Positions 42,118-53,270 are shown, numbered from the stretch's first letter. The stretch is 64,000 nucleotides of DNA from an uncultured Rivularia sp. (GCA_963665115.1 OY762007.1:7776001-7840000), one strand, 5' to 3'. Made by a program: numbers and translations. The notes: generated from the letters alone by a model not told the origin.

Positions 42118-42735
42118 AGAACATATCACTCACGCTATCGACTTACGCTAACTTTTAACTTTCGATCAATTTAATGTGTATTGTGCCCGATCTATTTTTC
42201 TGTGGCAGATGGTTTATCTTTTAGTCTTTTTATAAAGTTAGATGACTATTCCTAGTTAGGCATACTATTTTTATACCTACAGCTTGCATTAATTATTTAA
42301 CAGTATTTTTTTGATTTGAAAAGTCTGGAGCTATACTTATAAGTTAAGCTTTAAATTTGTTTCAAAAAAGGTTAAAAAAATGTGTTGTTCCTAACTACTA
42401 TTCTGAATGCGAGATGCCGTTCTGCTCGCACGCTCGCCGTGTATAGGAGCATACTAAATCGTATTTGACGGTATCGAACGCCTATGGCGATGTATTCTTA
42501 AGTTATTACAACTTAGGCAAGAGAAATTACAATATCTAGAACACTATATTTCCCACGATTGCTGCGTAAGTCCTAGTTATATTTTATTTTGATAAATAGA
42601 AATAATCGGGTTTATAAATTGTCTTTTTTAAATAATTCTTAAACAAGACTTAGTTTCTTTTTCAGTTTTATGTAATCAATTTGTATAAAATCGTCATTCA
42701 ATAAATAATTGCATTGATATTATATTGGCAAATTA

Positions 42736-42813
42736 TATATAGCCTTTTTCGGTTGAGTAAGGTACACAATATAACTTCACCCTGTCCTCGATTCAACTGA
42801 AACCAGCTATATA
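42736..42813. mobile_element. 78-bp MITE-like element, TATAGC...GCTATA family
   Basis: Left TATATAGCCTTTTTCGGTTGAGTAAGGTACA versus reverse complement of right end TATATAGCTGGTTTCAGTTGAATCGAGGACA. Confidence 0.65.
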
Positions 42814-43090
42814 CATCATTTTCTTAATCTATAGGATTTATAAAGAATGCGCTTACAACTACAAAGATATTGATTTGACTAAATGTATTCTATCTAATCT
42901 TGATATTTTCTTCCAGAAGTCATACTTTCTATACTTAGTAATACCAATCAATTTACAAATAATCTTTGTTTAGTTTATCTATACGGTGTGCATACAAAAT
43001 ATTTCAACAGATGGTTATACTAATTGTTCTGCAATTCAAAGCTTCGTATAACTTCTCAAAAAACAAAAAACAGAGGAATAATACCTATTA

Positions 43091-44516
43091 ATGCAGGAGA
43101 CTATATCTTATAAAGAATCGGTGACTTCGGAGTCACAGGAAATTATTAAAAGCATCCCTAAATTGCTTTTGCTAGCAGATATTACTGGCTTAGTTTCTTC
43201 TCTATGTTTTATTTTTTGGTTGCGTTTTAATCGTTCGGTTGATTTCTTAAATCCAACTTGCTATGGATTTATACTTTTGGTTTTAGGAACGTTATATTTA
43301 GCGGATACTTACAAACCCGATAGGCAGATTGCCGGTTTAAGAGCGCCAGCACGCATTATCCTGAGCAATATATTTGTTGCTGGTGTTAGTGCTGCACTTA
43401 TTTACATATCTGGTGCTTGGAGAAATAATCCTCTATTATGGCGGAGCGTTTTGCTTCCCACTTTGGCAATTTTTACTGTTTGGGCGGCAATATTACGAAT
43501 TTGGATGGCTAGATTAATTCGTCAATACGCACAACAAAGTCGTTGGCTAATTTTGGGTGCAAATAAGAATACGATTCAATTTGCTCAAAATTTTCAAGCA
43601 CAGAATTCTCTGGGATGTTTGGTCATTTTAAGTGATAACTCCGACAATTCTGATTTATCTGAATACTCAGCTTCTTTAACACGACAATATACAGTAGGTA
43701 CAATTACAGATTTACCAGGATTGAGTTTACAGCGTTGGACAGGTGTGTTGTTAGGAAGCCAAATCGAATTATCCGATCGAATGGTGCCGCAATTGATGGC
43801 AATGCGATTGCAGGGAATTCCAGTTTACAAACTGCCAGATATCTATGAAAATTTATGGTACAAACTTCCTTCATCTTTGCTGCAAGATGCTTGGTTTACT
43901 TTCAGCACGGGTTTTAACCTAATGTCTGGTGGTTTTAATTCAAGGGTGAAGCGAGTATTCGATACAATTGCTTCAGCATTACTAATGTTGGTTCTATCTC
44001 CGTTAATGCTTTTGGTAGCCTTAGCAATCAAATTAGACAGTCCAGGTCCGATTTTTTATTCTCAAGAACGTACAGGACTAAACGGTAAAACATTCAAAGT
44101 TCACAAATTCCGCTCGATGTATCAAGATGCAGAAAAGCGGGGCGCACAATGGGCGCAGGAGCGGGACCCCCCGAATTACAAGAGTAGGCTATTGGTTGCG
44201 TTTAATGCGAATCGACGAACTTCCGCAGGTGTGGAATGTAGTAAAAGGAGAGATGAGTTTAATTGGGCCGCGTCCCGAAAGACCGCAGTTTGATACTCAG
44301 TTAAAAGAAGCGATTCCTTATTACGACATTCGCTATTTAGTTAAACCGGGAATTACGGGATGGGCACAGGTGCTTTATCCTTACGGTGCATCAATTGAGG
44401 ATGCTTATGAAAAGCTATCTTACGACCTTTATTATATCAAGAACTATTCTATTTGGCTGGATATAGCTATATTTTTCAAAACTATCCGAGTTGTTTTGTT
44501 AGGTAAGGGTAGATAA
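43091..44516 (+). CDS. Priming polyprenyl-phosphate sugar transferase (WcaJ-like; split by +1 C at 44167-44172)
   Basis: N-terminal TMs; KRVFD, SPGPIFYSQER, KFRSM, DPRIT (after correction), RIDELPQ, GEMSLIGPRPE, KPGITGWAQV. Confidence 0.93.
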
Positions 44517-44684
44517 AGCTGTCCGACCGATATCTGTATATTTATTCAATTGCGAATTCTCTGATTCCGTCGTGCTGTAGTCGCGTGTATCGTTCATCTG
44601 AAACCGAAAAACCTAGCGATTTTATCTATCAGAAATTGCTATATGTCTGCGTGTGAAGTGTATCTAACAAATAAAAATAGGTAA

Positions 44685-45698
44685 ATGAACAAAAAAATTT
44701 TGGTAACTGGAGGCGCGGGGTATATCGGCTCTCACGTTGTACGTCACCTTGGTGAAGCTGGCTACGATGTGATTGTTTACGACAATTGTTCGACAGGTTC
44801 TGCTGACTCTATACTTTATGGTGAGTTAGTTATCGGGGATTTAGCCGATACTGAACTTCTATATAAAGTTCTCTCTCGAAATCAATTTAGTGCGGTACTT
44901 CATTTTGCTGCTAGTCTGATAGTACCCGAATCCGTTGCTCGTCCTTTAGACTATTACAGCAACAATACTCGTAACACTCTGAATTTACTTCAATGCTGTA
45001 GCCTTACGGGTATAAATAAAATAATTTTTTCCAGTACGGCAGCGGTTTACGGCGAGCCGGAGAAAATTCCGGTAACGGAGTCAACGCCAACACAGCCAAT
45101 AAATCCTTACGGACGCTCAAAATTGATGAGCGAATGGTTAATTCAGGATTACGCCGCAGTTTCCGATTTAAACTATGTAATTTTACGCTATTTTAATGTA
45201 GCAGGAGCCGAGCCTAGCGGTAGATTAGGGCAGATATCACCTAACGCAACTCATCTAATAAAAGTTGCCTGCGATGCAGCTTTAAGACGCAGACCAGAAA
45301 TTAAAATTTTTGGTACTGATTTTCATACTCCCGATGGTACTGCAATTCGAGATTACATCCATGTTGAAGATTTAGCATCAGCACATCTAGATGCTTTGCG
45401 TTACTTAGAAAAAGGCAATCAAAGCGAAGTTTTGAACTGCGGTTACGGACAAGGATATAGCGTTCGCGAAGTAGTCGAACGAGTAAAAACAATTTCTGAA
45501 ACTGATTTTCCAGTTATTGAAACTAAACGTCGTCTGGGAGATCCAGCTTGTGTAATGGCTGAGTCTGAGAAAATTCGTAAAGTGCTTAACTGGCAACCTA
45601 AATATAACCAGCTAGATACAATAATTACGACAACTTTAACTTGGGAGATGCAAAAGGAAGCTAAGAAGAATAATTCAATAAGTCGCGTATTAGTGTAA
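44685..45698 (+). CDS. galE: UDP-glucose 4-epimerase
   Basis: TGGAGYIGSH, FSSTAAVYG, YGRSK, LRYFNVAGA, DGTAIRDYIHV. Confidence 0.95.
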   Translation: MNKKILVTGGAGYIGSHVVRHLGEAGYDVIVYDNCSTGSADSILYGELVIGDLADTELLYKVLSRNQFSAVLHFAASLIVPESVARPLDYYSNNTRNTLNLLQCCSLTGINKIIFSSTAAVYGEPEKIPVTESTPTQPINPYGRSKLMSEWLIQDYAAVSDLNYVILRYFNVAGAEPSGRLGQISPNATHLIKVACDAALRRRPEIKIFGTDFHTPDGTAIRDYIHVEDLASAHLDALRYLEKGNQSEVLNCGYGQGYSVREVVERVKTISETDFPVIETKRRLGDPACVMAESEKIRKVLNWQPKYNQLDTIITTTLTWEMQKEAKKNNSISRVLV

Positions 45699-45770
45699 AT
45701 AAGTTGTATTGAGGTGCATCTGACTTGCAAGCTAAATAATAATTGAGAATTGGGCATTGGGCATTGCCAA

Positions 45771-46156
45771 TTACCACAATTTCTGAATCGGATAATTATC
45801 GAAAACAGCATCTATACTTACAATTGGCATTTGCTCAACTATTGCTTGAGCAATTAAAATTCTGTCAAAAGGATCGCGATGACGATCGGGTAAGTTTGTT
45901 AAAGCGTAGATATGAGAGGTTTCAATGGATAATAATTGTAAGCCATTGGTTTGACATTGACAATAACCAATTCAGGCAACGGTAAATCGAGGGTTAATTT
46001 ACCCAATTGCAGTTTGATTTGCATTTCCCAAATACTGGCAAGGCTGAATATTAAAGTATTGCTAGTATCAGTTAATAAGTTTACAACTTTAGTCGGCAAC
46101 CTATCTGGATCTCCAGCCGACCAAATTAATACATGAGTATCTAATAATATATTCAC
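45771..46156 (-). CDS. vapC: PIN-domain VapC toxin paralog (one base missing near 45960; pseudogene or assembly error)
   Basis: GTG start; ILLDTHVLIW...LPLPEL / QCQTNGLQLLSIETSHIYALTNLPDRHRDPFDRILIAQA...IQKLW*. Confidence 0.85.
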
Positions 46157-46380
46157 TGTTCGCCCATCCAAAATTCATCAGGTAAAGGTTCATTAAAATC
46201 ATCACTCATCCAAACTTTTCCTTTATTTAAGCCAAGTATCCGCTTTTTAACTGGCTGGGGTTGAACGTATTTCTGTCCTAAAAATTCAATAAAATCTACT
46301 ACCTGTTGTTGCTGCTGTGGTGGCAAATTTTGCAATTTAGCGATTATTTCTTCGGTGGTATTTACTATTTGGAAAGTCAT
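46153..46380 (-). CDS. DUF2281-type antitoxin paralog
   Basis: LPPQQQQQVVDFIEFL...KRILGLNKGKVWMSDDFNEPLPDEFW; GTGA overlap with vapC. Confidence 0.88.
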   Translation of the reverse strand: MTFQIVNTTEEIIAKLQNLPPQQQQQVVDFIEFLGQKYVQPQPVKKRILGLNKGKVWMSDDFNEPLPDEFWMGEQ

Positions 46381-46579
46381 CTGGATTTTGGATTTTAGAT
46401 TTTGGATTTTACGGAAGGTTGGGGGTGTCGGTTTTCGTCCCCAAACTAACCATCGACGGATTTTGAATTAATTTTTAATCTTATATTTCTACTATTTTAC
46501 AAAAAAACGCACTTCAATAAATAATCTTTCTTTACTCTCTCTTTGGACTCCTCAACATAAAAATCCTTTGTCAAAATGG

Positions 46580-46682
46580 TACAGCACTTTGCAAATAAGT
46601 TACAGCCTCATATTACAAAACTCTTGTGGGATGGGCATCCCTGCCCGTCTGAATGTACCTCACAAAGATGAAATATGCTGTA
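46580..46682. mobile_element. MITE-like element, TACAGC...GCTGTA family, with REP-like hairpin inside
   Basis: TACAGCA/TGCTGTA ends; right end resembles the 42736 element (…GAGGTACA); internal GATGGGCATCCCTGCCCGTC hairpin. Confidence 0.55.
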
Positions 46683-46706
46683 TTATACATGCATGATGTG
46701 GAGGAA

Positions 46707-46844
46707 ATGACAATGATGCCCGTAATTCTCAGCTTGGATACTGTGGAACTAGCAGACGAACAATTTTGACGTTTGTGTCAGCAGAATTGAGATTGGCAGT
46801 TGGAAAGGAGTGCGAAAGGAAAATTAGTTGACAAAATTATCTAA
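46707..46844 (+). pseudogene. N-terminal remnant of a Uma2 family gene
   Basis: GGAGG RBS, then MTMMPVILSLDTVELADEQF*RLCQQN*DWQLERSAKGKL with two in-frame stops. Confidence 0.75.
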
Positions 46845-46903
46845 CTTAACTTCCATATATGCATTTAGAATAATCGTAATTAAATTAACCGATTATTTTA
46901 TTC

Positions 46904-47610
46904 ATGATATTAAAATCTCTTTTTAAATATAATCGCTATCTATTTGGCGGTTTTTTAGTAATTATCAGTTTATTTTTAATCGGTGCTTTTATTCCTAGAA
47001 AGTGGGGAAATTATTCAAAGCAAAATTGTAATTATCAAATTTGTGTTGCGAATATGGGGATTCATTCCAATATTTTAGTCCCAACTAAGAATAATGCTCA
47101 TGACTGGCATAATTATCTATCTATAGAAAAAATTGGTATTGATAATGTTAATAATTATAAATATCTGAGTTTTGGTTGGGGAGATAAAGATTTTTATATG
47201 ACGATTAGCTCAATTTCAGATTTTAATTTTAATACTATTTTTAAAGCTGCATTTCTGCCTACTTCTTCGGTAATCTATGTAAGAGGTTATCAATCGTTAC
47301 CGCAAAATATAGAAGTAAAATGTATTTACACAAATAAAGCTAATTATTTGCGATTAATCGAGTTTATCGAAGCAAGTTTTAAATCAGATAGAAACAGCAA
47401 TAAAATTCGTATCGGTAATGGTTATACTTCTTCTGCGGGTTTTTATGCTGCAAAAGGAAATTACTCGATATTAAAAACTTGTAATGCATGGGACTGGGGA
47501 TGCTTTGAGAAAAGCCGATATTAACACTCCTCTATGGGATAGTTTATCGGGAGCAATTATGTTTCACTTAAGAAGTGGCTGCGAACCAAAAAAGTTGAAT
47601 AGGACATAAT
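46904..47610 (+). CDS. DUF2459 family protein (+1 G near 47490; corrected C-terminus ...CNAWTGDALRKADINTPLW...)
   Basis: GIHSNILVP, LSFGWGDKDFY, FYAAKGNYSILKTCN. Confidence 0.8.
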
Positions 47611-47664
47611 TGGATTTGTCTCTTAAGATACTAGATATATAATCGGTTGTCTTAAGTAAATATA

Positions 47665-48489
47665 ATGGATTTGCACAATATAGATAATTATTTACGCCCT
47701 ACAGATATTAATAAAGTTACCGATTGGGGTGAAGGTTGGAGTTGGTTGGCTGGAGGTACTTGGTTATTTTCCGAACCACAACCCGAGATTAAAAATTTGG
47801 TAGATATACAGTCTTTGGGATGGGACGAAATTGAATTTGTTAATTCTAATTCCCATAAAGGGGGGCTTTTGGCTATTGGTGCAACTTGTCCTTTAATTAA
47901 GTTATTGCAGTATCCTTGGTTGCCTGAATACAAAGCTGTGGAGGGTTTTAAAGGTGCGATATCAGCGCTTTCTGCTTCTTTGAAAGTAGTTAATGTAGCT
48001 ACCGTGGGGGGTAATATTTGTCTTGCGTTATCGGTAGGAACTCTTGCACCTATTATGATGGCTTTGGATGCAAGTTATGAGATTTGGAATCTTAAGGGAA
48101 AATCGCGGATAGTTGCTGGGAAAGATTTTCAAATCGGCTTTCGTCAAACAGTTTTGAAATCAGGGGAATTATTACGACGAGTTTTAATTCCTGTAGAAAA
48201 TATGAAGTGGCAAGTTGATTATCAACGTTTTGGTATTGCAGCAAGCGATTCTGCTTTAGCAATTGTTGTAGGTGCTTATGATTCGGTGGCTAAATTGCGG
48301 TTGGTTATCAGTGCAAGTATTGCCGCACCCGTGTTATTAGAATTTGAAAGTGATTTACTTGATGATTTGAATTATATTACATCTTTAGAAAATATAGATT
48401 TTATTGAAGATGCAAGAGCTAGTGCTGTTTATCGTCGAGAAATAACACAGATTTTGATTAAGCGATGTTTAAAAGAGTTAGGAGTGTAG
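47665..48489 (+). CDS. FAD-binding subunit of a xanthine-dehydrogenase-family molybdoenzyme
   Basis: WLAGGTWL, IGAT, ATVGGNIC, DARASAVYRR. Confidence 0.88.
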   Translation: MDLHNIDNYLRPTDINKVTDWGEGWSWLAGGTWLFSEPQPEIKNLVDIQSLGWDEIEFVNSNSHKGGLLAIGATCPLIKLLQYPWLPEYKAVEGFKGAISALSASLKVVNVATVGGNICLALSVGTLAPIMMALDASYEIWNLKGKSRIVAGKDFQIGFRQTVLKSGELLRRVLIPVENMKWQVDYQRFGIAASDSALAIVVGAYDSVAKLRLVISASIAAPVLLEFESDLLDDLNYITSLENIDFIEDARASAVYRREITQILIKRCLKELGV

Positions 48490-48515
48490 AGACGTAGCAC
48501 TGCTACGTCTGTACA

Positions 48516-48598
48516 GTTAGGAGTTAAGAGTTAGGAGTTACCAATTACCAATTACCAATTACCAATTATCAATTACCAATTACCAATTACCAATTACC
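48516..48598. repeat. STRR arrays (GTTAGGA)n + (CAATTAC)n between the molybdoenzyme genes
   Basis: Tandem heptamers read directly. Confidence 0.85.
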
Positions 48599-48608
48599 CT
48601 TCTAATAT

Positions 48609-51253
48609 ATGCAATCTCTAAATTTCAAGGTTAATAACCAACATCACAGCGCAACTTGTCATCCTGGAAGCAGTCTGCTTTCGCTACTTCGTCAACTTAA
48701 TTACTTCGGAGTACATCGCGCTTGTGAAACTGGCGATTGTGGTGCTTGTACTGTTTGGCTAAATGATACACCGGTGCATAGCTGCATTTTTCCTGCGATG
48801 CGAATTAACGAACAATCTGTAACTACCATTGAAGGGTTATCGCAAAATAACCAACTTGCACCGATACAGCAAGCATTTTTACAAGCTCAAGGGTTTCAAT
48901 GCGGGTTTTGTACTCCAGGAATGATTATGAGTGCAGCTAAGTTTCCTTTCTCATCAGTACAAGACTCACATACTAATATGAAAGGAAACCTCTGTCGCTG
49001 CACTGGCTACCAAGCAATTATTGAAAGTATTTTACTTTTTCAAAATTCAAATGGGCGTGACATCGTTGCCACACCCGCAATTCTCACACCACACTCCGTC
49101 GGAGAAAGCGTTCCTAAACAAGATGGAACCGCAATCGTTACAGGTAAAGCATACTACACTGCTGATAATTTGCAATCCGGATTATTACATTTAAAAATTT
49201 TGCGATCGCCTTTTTCTCATGCAAAAATCCGCAATATTAATGTTGACAAGGCTAAAGCACTCGAAGGGGTAGTAGATATCTTTACTTATAAAGACGTAAA
49301 AAGGGTACCCTACACAACCGCAGGGGACACGCAGAACCAGTTCCCGATCCTTTAGACCATTATTTGCTGGATATAATAGTGCGTTTTGTGGGGGATAGAG
49401 TTGCTGCTGTAGTGGCTGAGTCGGTTAATATTGCCACAAAAGCCTGCGAGTTAATTGAGGTTGATTACGAAATTTTACCTTACGTTACCAATCCGGTGGA
49501 AGCAATGGCAGATGGTAGCGTTGTTATTCATGATGAACCGGAATCTCAGCAAATTCCCGATAGAAATCGCAATATTGCAGGTGAAATATTTCTGGAATCG
49601 GGGAATGTAGAAGAAGCTTTTAATGAAGCAGATTTAATTGTAGAAAATACTTATCATTTACCAGCAGTACAACACGTCCACTTAGAGCCTCATGTAACCG
49701 TAACTCATTTGGAATCGGATGGTACTTTGGTTGTTCGCAGCAGTACCCAAGTACCGTTTCACTGTCAAAGATTATTATCGCAACTTTTTGATATTCCTAA
49801 AGAGAAAATTCGGGTTTATAAACCACAACTCGGCGGTGGTTTTGGCAATAAGCAAGAAATTTTAACAGAAGATTTATGTGCTTTAGCAACTTTACGTACT
49901 GGTAAACCCGTACAGTGGGAGATGACGAGAAATGAAGAATTTACCGCTACAAATAGCCGTCATGCAATGACAATTAAGTTAAAAACTGGAGTGAAAACAG
50001 ATGGTATGATTGTCGCTCAAGATTTAGAAATCATTGCAAATACTGGCGCTTATGGTAATCATGGTAAGACGGTGGTATTTTTATCTGGCTATATTCCTTT
50101 AGGTTTATATCGTTGCGATAATAAAAGATTTCAAGCATATGCTGTTTATACTAATACCATGCCTGGAGGTGCATTTCGCGGTTATGGTGCAACTCAAGGC
50201 ACTTTTGCAATGGAATCTCAAATTGATGAAATTGCCGATAAATTAGGTATTGATGTTATAGAAATTAGGCAGAAAAATTTGATTCGTCCTGGGGATTTAG
50301 TTAGTTTAGGGAATGATGGCGAGCATTTTAATTTAATTGGTAGTTATGCGGTTGAAGAATGTTTTGCTAAAGTTATTCATGCATTAAATTACGTTCCTGG
50401 TAAACCTCCTGTTATTAATGGAAATCGCCGCCGTGGTGTCGGTTTTGCTGTTTCAATGCAGGGAAGCGGTTTATGTAAAATCCATACTGCTTGCGTTAAG
50501 TTATCACGGTTAGCTGATGGGAAATATGAGTTAAGAACGGGTTCGGTTGATGTTGGTACTGGTTCCGATACCACTTTACGACAAATTGCGGCGGAAGTTT
50601 TAGGGGTAACGATTGCCGACATCGATATTATTTCTGGAGATACCCAATTAACTCCTTTTGATGCAGGTTCTTATGCTTCTGCAACCATGTATATTTCCGG
50701 ACAAGCTGTTAAGTTAGCAGCGGAGAAATTGAAAGATAAAATAGCAGGTGAGATAACTTCACAAGAGAGAATAGAAGTAGAAGAAAGTTATACAGCTGAT
50801 GAAGCAACTTTAACTTTTGCAGTTCAAGGTGTAGAAGTGGAAGTTGATATTGAAACGGGGAAAGTAGAGGTTTTGAGGTGCGTACAAGCAATTGATATTG
50901 GTAAAGCAATCAATCCTAAAATTTGTGAAGGACAAGCAACCGGGGGAATTGCGATGGGTATTGGTTATGCATTAACCGAAGAATTATTATTTGACGAACA
51001 AGGAAGAATTATTAATCCTAAACTGCGGGAATATCGCATCCCCACAGCGGCAGATATGCCACCAATGGAAGTATTTCTAATAGAAAAAACCGACCCCTAC
51101 GGCCCATTTGGAGCTAAAGGTGTAGGAGAAATCACAACCAACTGTACCGCGCCAGCGATTGCAAATGCCATTACTCATGCTACAGGTGCAAGATTGCGAC
51201 AATTACCAATGACACCCGAAAGAGTTTGGCAAGAGTTAGGGATTAAGAGTTAG
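48609..51253 (+). CDS. Fused 2x[2Fe-2S] + molybdopterin subunit, xanthine dehydrogenase family (split at G-run 49323-49326)
   Basis: CETGDCGAC, CGFCTPG, CRCTGY; GGGFGNK, AFRGYG, KGVGE; corrected frame reads TTAGHAEPVPDPLDHYLLD. Confidence 0.9.
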
Positions 51254-51316
51254 TTGTTAGTTGTTAGTGGTTAGTTGTTCGTTTTTGATAACTGTTCACT
51301 GTTCACTGTTCACTGC

Positions 51317-51847
51317 TCACTGTATCTCTTTGACATCAGCAACAGTGGCATTGATATCATAATCGAAGCCTTCTATTTTAGCAGGGCTACCGATTTTAAC
51401 TAAGCTTTCACCTACTACTGCACCAGCATTTTGCATTTGGGCTTTACCCGTCAATGCGATTGATAAATTTGTTTCAAACTTAGCGCTGGGATCTGGTAAT
51501 TCTTTTACCGAACCATCTGGTTGAGTCACATTTATGGTGACGGGTAACTGCTTGACAGATTTTATCGTCATTTGACCTGAAGGTTTATTGTCAATTGTTA
51601 GGGTGGTTTTGCCACCACTTTTTAAGCTTTGCTCCAATAAGGCTTCAGGACGAAGTAAATTTAAACCGTCCACAAATAAATCTACTTCTATCGGCTTTGT
51701 GGGGATATTTACCTGAGCGTTCGTTGCGGATATGTTAGAGAACAAGATTATAAGTGCGAATGTCACGGCGATCGCCGGAATAAGCGACAGATTCAAAGTT
51801 CGCCTTACCCGAGCAGAATTAAAACCATTACAATTCCAAATTGCCAT
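51317..51847 (-). CDS. DUF4330-like exported/membrane protein
   Basis: PIEVDL, QPDGSVKELPDP, VKIGSP..IEGFDY; ATG at 51847 preferred. Confidence 0.7.
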   Translation of the reverse strand: MAIWNCNGFNSARVRRTLNLSLIPAIAVTFALIILFSNISATNAQVNIPTKPIEVDLFVDGLNLLRPEALLEQSLKSGGKTTLTIDNKPSGQMTIKSVKQLPVTINVTQPDGSVKELPDPSAKFETNLSIALTGKAQMQNAGAVVGESLVKIGSPAKIEGFDYDINATVADVKEIQ

Positions 51848-52056
51848 TAAAAATAATGCCTTTCGATGCAAGTTGGACAAATAAAAAAAGTCAACCAGTG
51901 CAAATGTTGAGCTTTCATACGATAGTAGCGCAACTGTTGACAAATGAGTGATATAAAAGTCTAATATGTAATAATTACTAGTCGCTGTTACAAGACTATG
52001 ACTAGTAGGTAACTAAAAATACTTTAGAAAATTTACATTAAGCTGGGGTGAATAGA

Positions 52057-52218
52057 ATGTCTACTGCCTATTTAAAAGAAGAAGAGACTTTAGAAGTAAG
52101 TATGGAAGACTTAGAAAAGTATCTGTATGAAAATCATGAGAGGATAGGAAATCGCCGCAAGAAATTACGTAAACTTCCTATAATAGATATTAAAGATAAT
52201 TCAACTACAAGTAAATAG
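52057..52218 (+). CDS. 53-aa small hypothetical protein (below the ORF-track cutoff)
   Basis: MSTAYLKEEETLEVSMEDLEKYLYENHERIGNRRKKLRKLPIIDIKDNSTTSK*; GGGGTG upstream. Confidence 0.5.
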   Translation: MSTAYLKEEETLEVSMEDLEKYLYENHERIGNRRKKLRKLPIIDIKDNSTTSK

Positions 52219-52286
52219 TTAATTATTTTAAATAAAAAATATACCATTTACCAACTTTCCCCAGGAAGTTGTAATTTTTCAATAAC

Positions 52287-52778
52287 TCAAACAATCTCAA
52301 ATTCCAACTGATGACTTTTCAAAAAACTATGAGTGAAATGGTCAACTTCATTTGTATTGCTTAATTCTAAGTTGTAAAAGTCTACTTTGTCATGTTCAAA
52401 ATAAGGTCCTGCGTGCCATGTTCCGACATTTAATTTAATAAAACAATTTCCGGGGATGCGAAAGGCTGCAATATTTTGTAACTCCGGTTCATTTTTATTA
52501 TTAGCCGGACAAACCGCCATTAACCAATCTTTATCAGCTAAAGAACCCAAGCATTGAGTACATTCTGCGTGACGGGTAATATTGTGAAACTTGTTTCCCC
52601 TACCATGCAATTGCATAATATAAAATCTAGGGATGCCGTTGTCAAGGACTAATTGAGCATCTTCTCTATCAAATAATTTACCATCTTTGCTAGGAAAAAT
52701 AACCTGTCCGTAAGGTTGAAAGTTTTCCAAGGTTATAGCTTGCGCCAATAATTGTTTTACTGTTTTTGTATTAGTCAT
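52287..52778 (-). CDS. Ureidoglycolate lyase (AllA-like cupin)
   Basis: ITLENFQPYGQVI, ITRHAECTQCL, GTWHAGP. Confidence 0.8.
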   Translation of the reverse strand: MTNTKTVKQLLAQAITLENFQPYGQVIFPSKDGKLFDREDAQLVLDNGIPRFYIMQLHGRGNKFHNITRHAECTQCLGSLADKDWLMAVCPANNKNEPELQNIAAFRIPGNCFIKLNVGTWHAGPYFEHDKVDFYNLELSNTNEVDHFTHSFLKSHQLEFEIV

Positions 52779-52820
52779 ATATAAAATTCCTCTAACTGAT
52801 AACTGTTCACTGTTCACTGT

Positions 52821-53270
52821 TTACAATTCCAACTCTTTCGGAATCATTGATTTAGGAATAATAGAAGCTTGTTTTTCTTTATCGCTAGGTTTTGTATACC
52901 AGTAAGCCCAAGCAATCAAAACTCCTTGGAGGGGAAGTCTAATAGCTTGAAATAAAGGCGAACCAGAATATGGTATACTATCGATTTCAATATGATTAAT
53001 TGCCATATTGATGTTAGCTGGATAAACCGCGATAAATAATGCAATTATTCCCCATGCAGTAGGTTGACTTAAAGGGGGAACTAATAAACCGATACCACCT
53101 AGTATTTCATAAAAGCCACTTAAATAAACTAAACCCAAAGGATAGGGAAGTTGCGGTGGCATAATTTTTACAAAAGGTTGAGGAATCGCAAAGTGCAAAA
53201 TTCCCACAATTATTAAGGCTACGGAAAGGATAACCCTTAAAAGTTCTTTGTTCTTTTTTATAAGTTCCAT
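52821..53270 (-). CDS. DoxX-like membrane protein
   Basis: GILHF, SGFYEILGGIGLL, YPANINMA, RLPLQ. Confidence 0.85.
   Translation of the reverse strand: MELIKKNKELLRVILSVALIIVGILHFAIPQPFVKIMPPQLPYPLGLVYLSGFYEILGGIGLLVPPLSQPTAWGIIALFIAVYPANINMAINHIEIDSIPYSGSPLFQAIRLPLQGVLIAWAYWYTKPSDKEKQASIIPKSMIPKELEL

Noticed and set aside
47618..47631. NtcA-like site GTC-N8-TAC upstream of the molybdoenzyme
   Set aside because: Non-canonical and no TAN3T box at the expected ~22-nt spacing.
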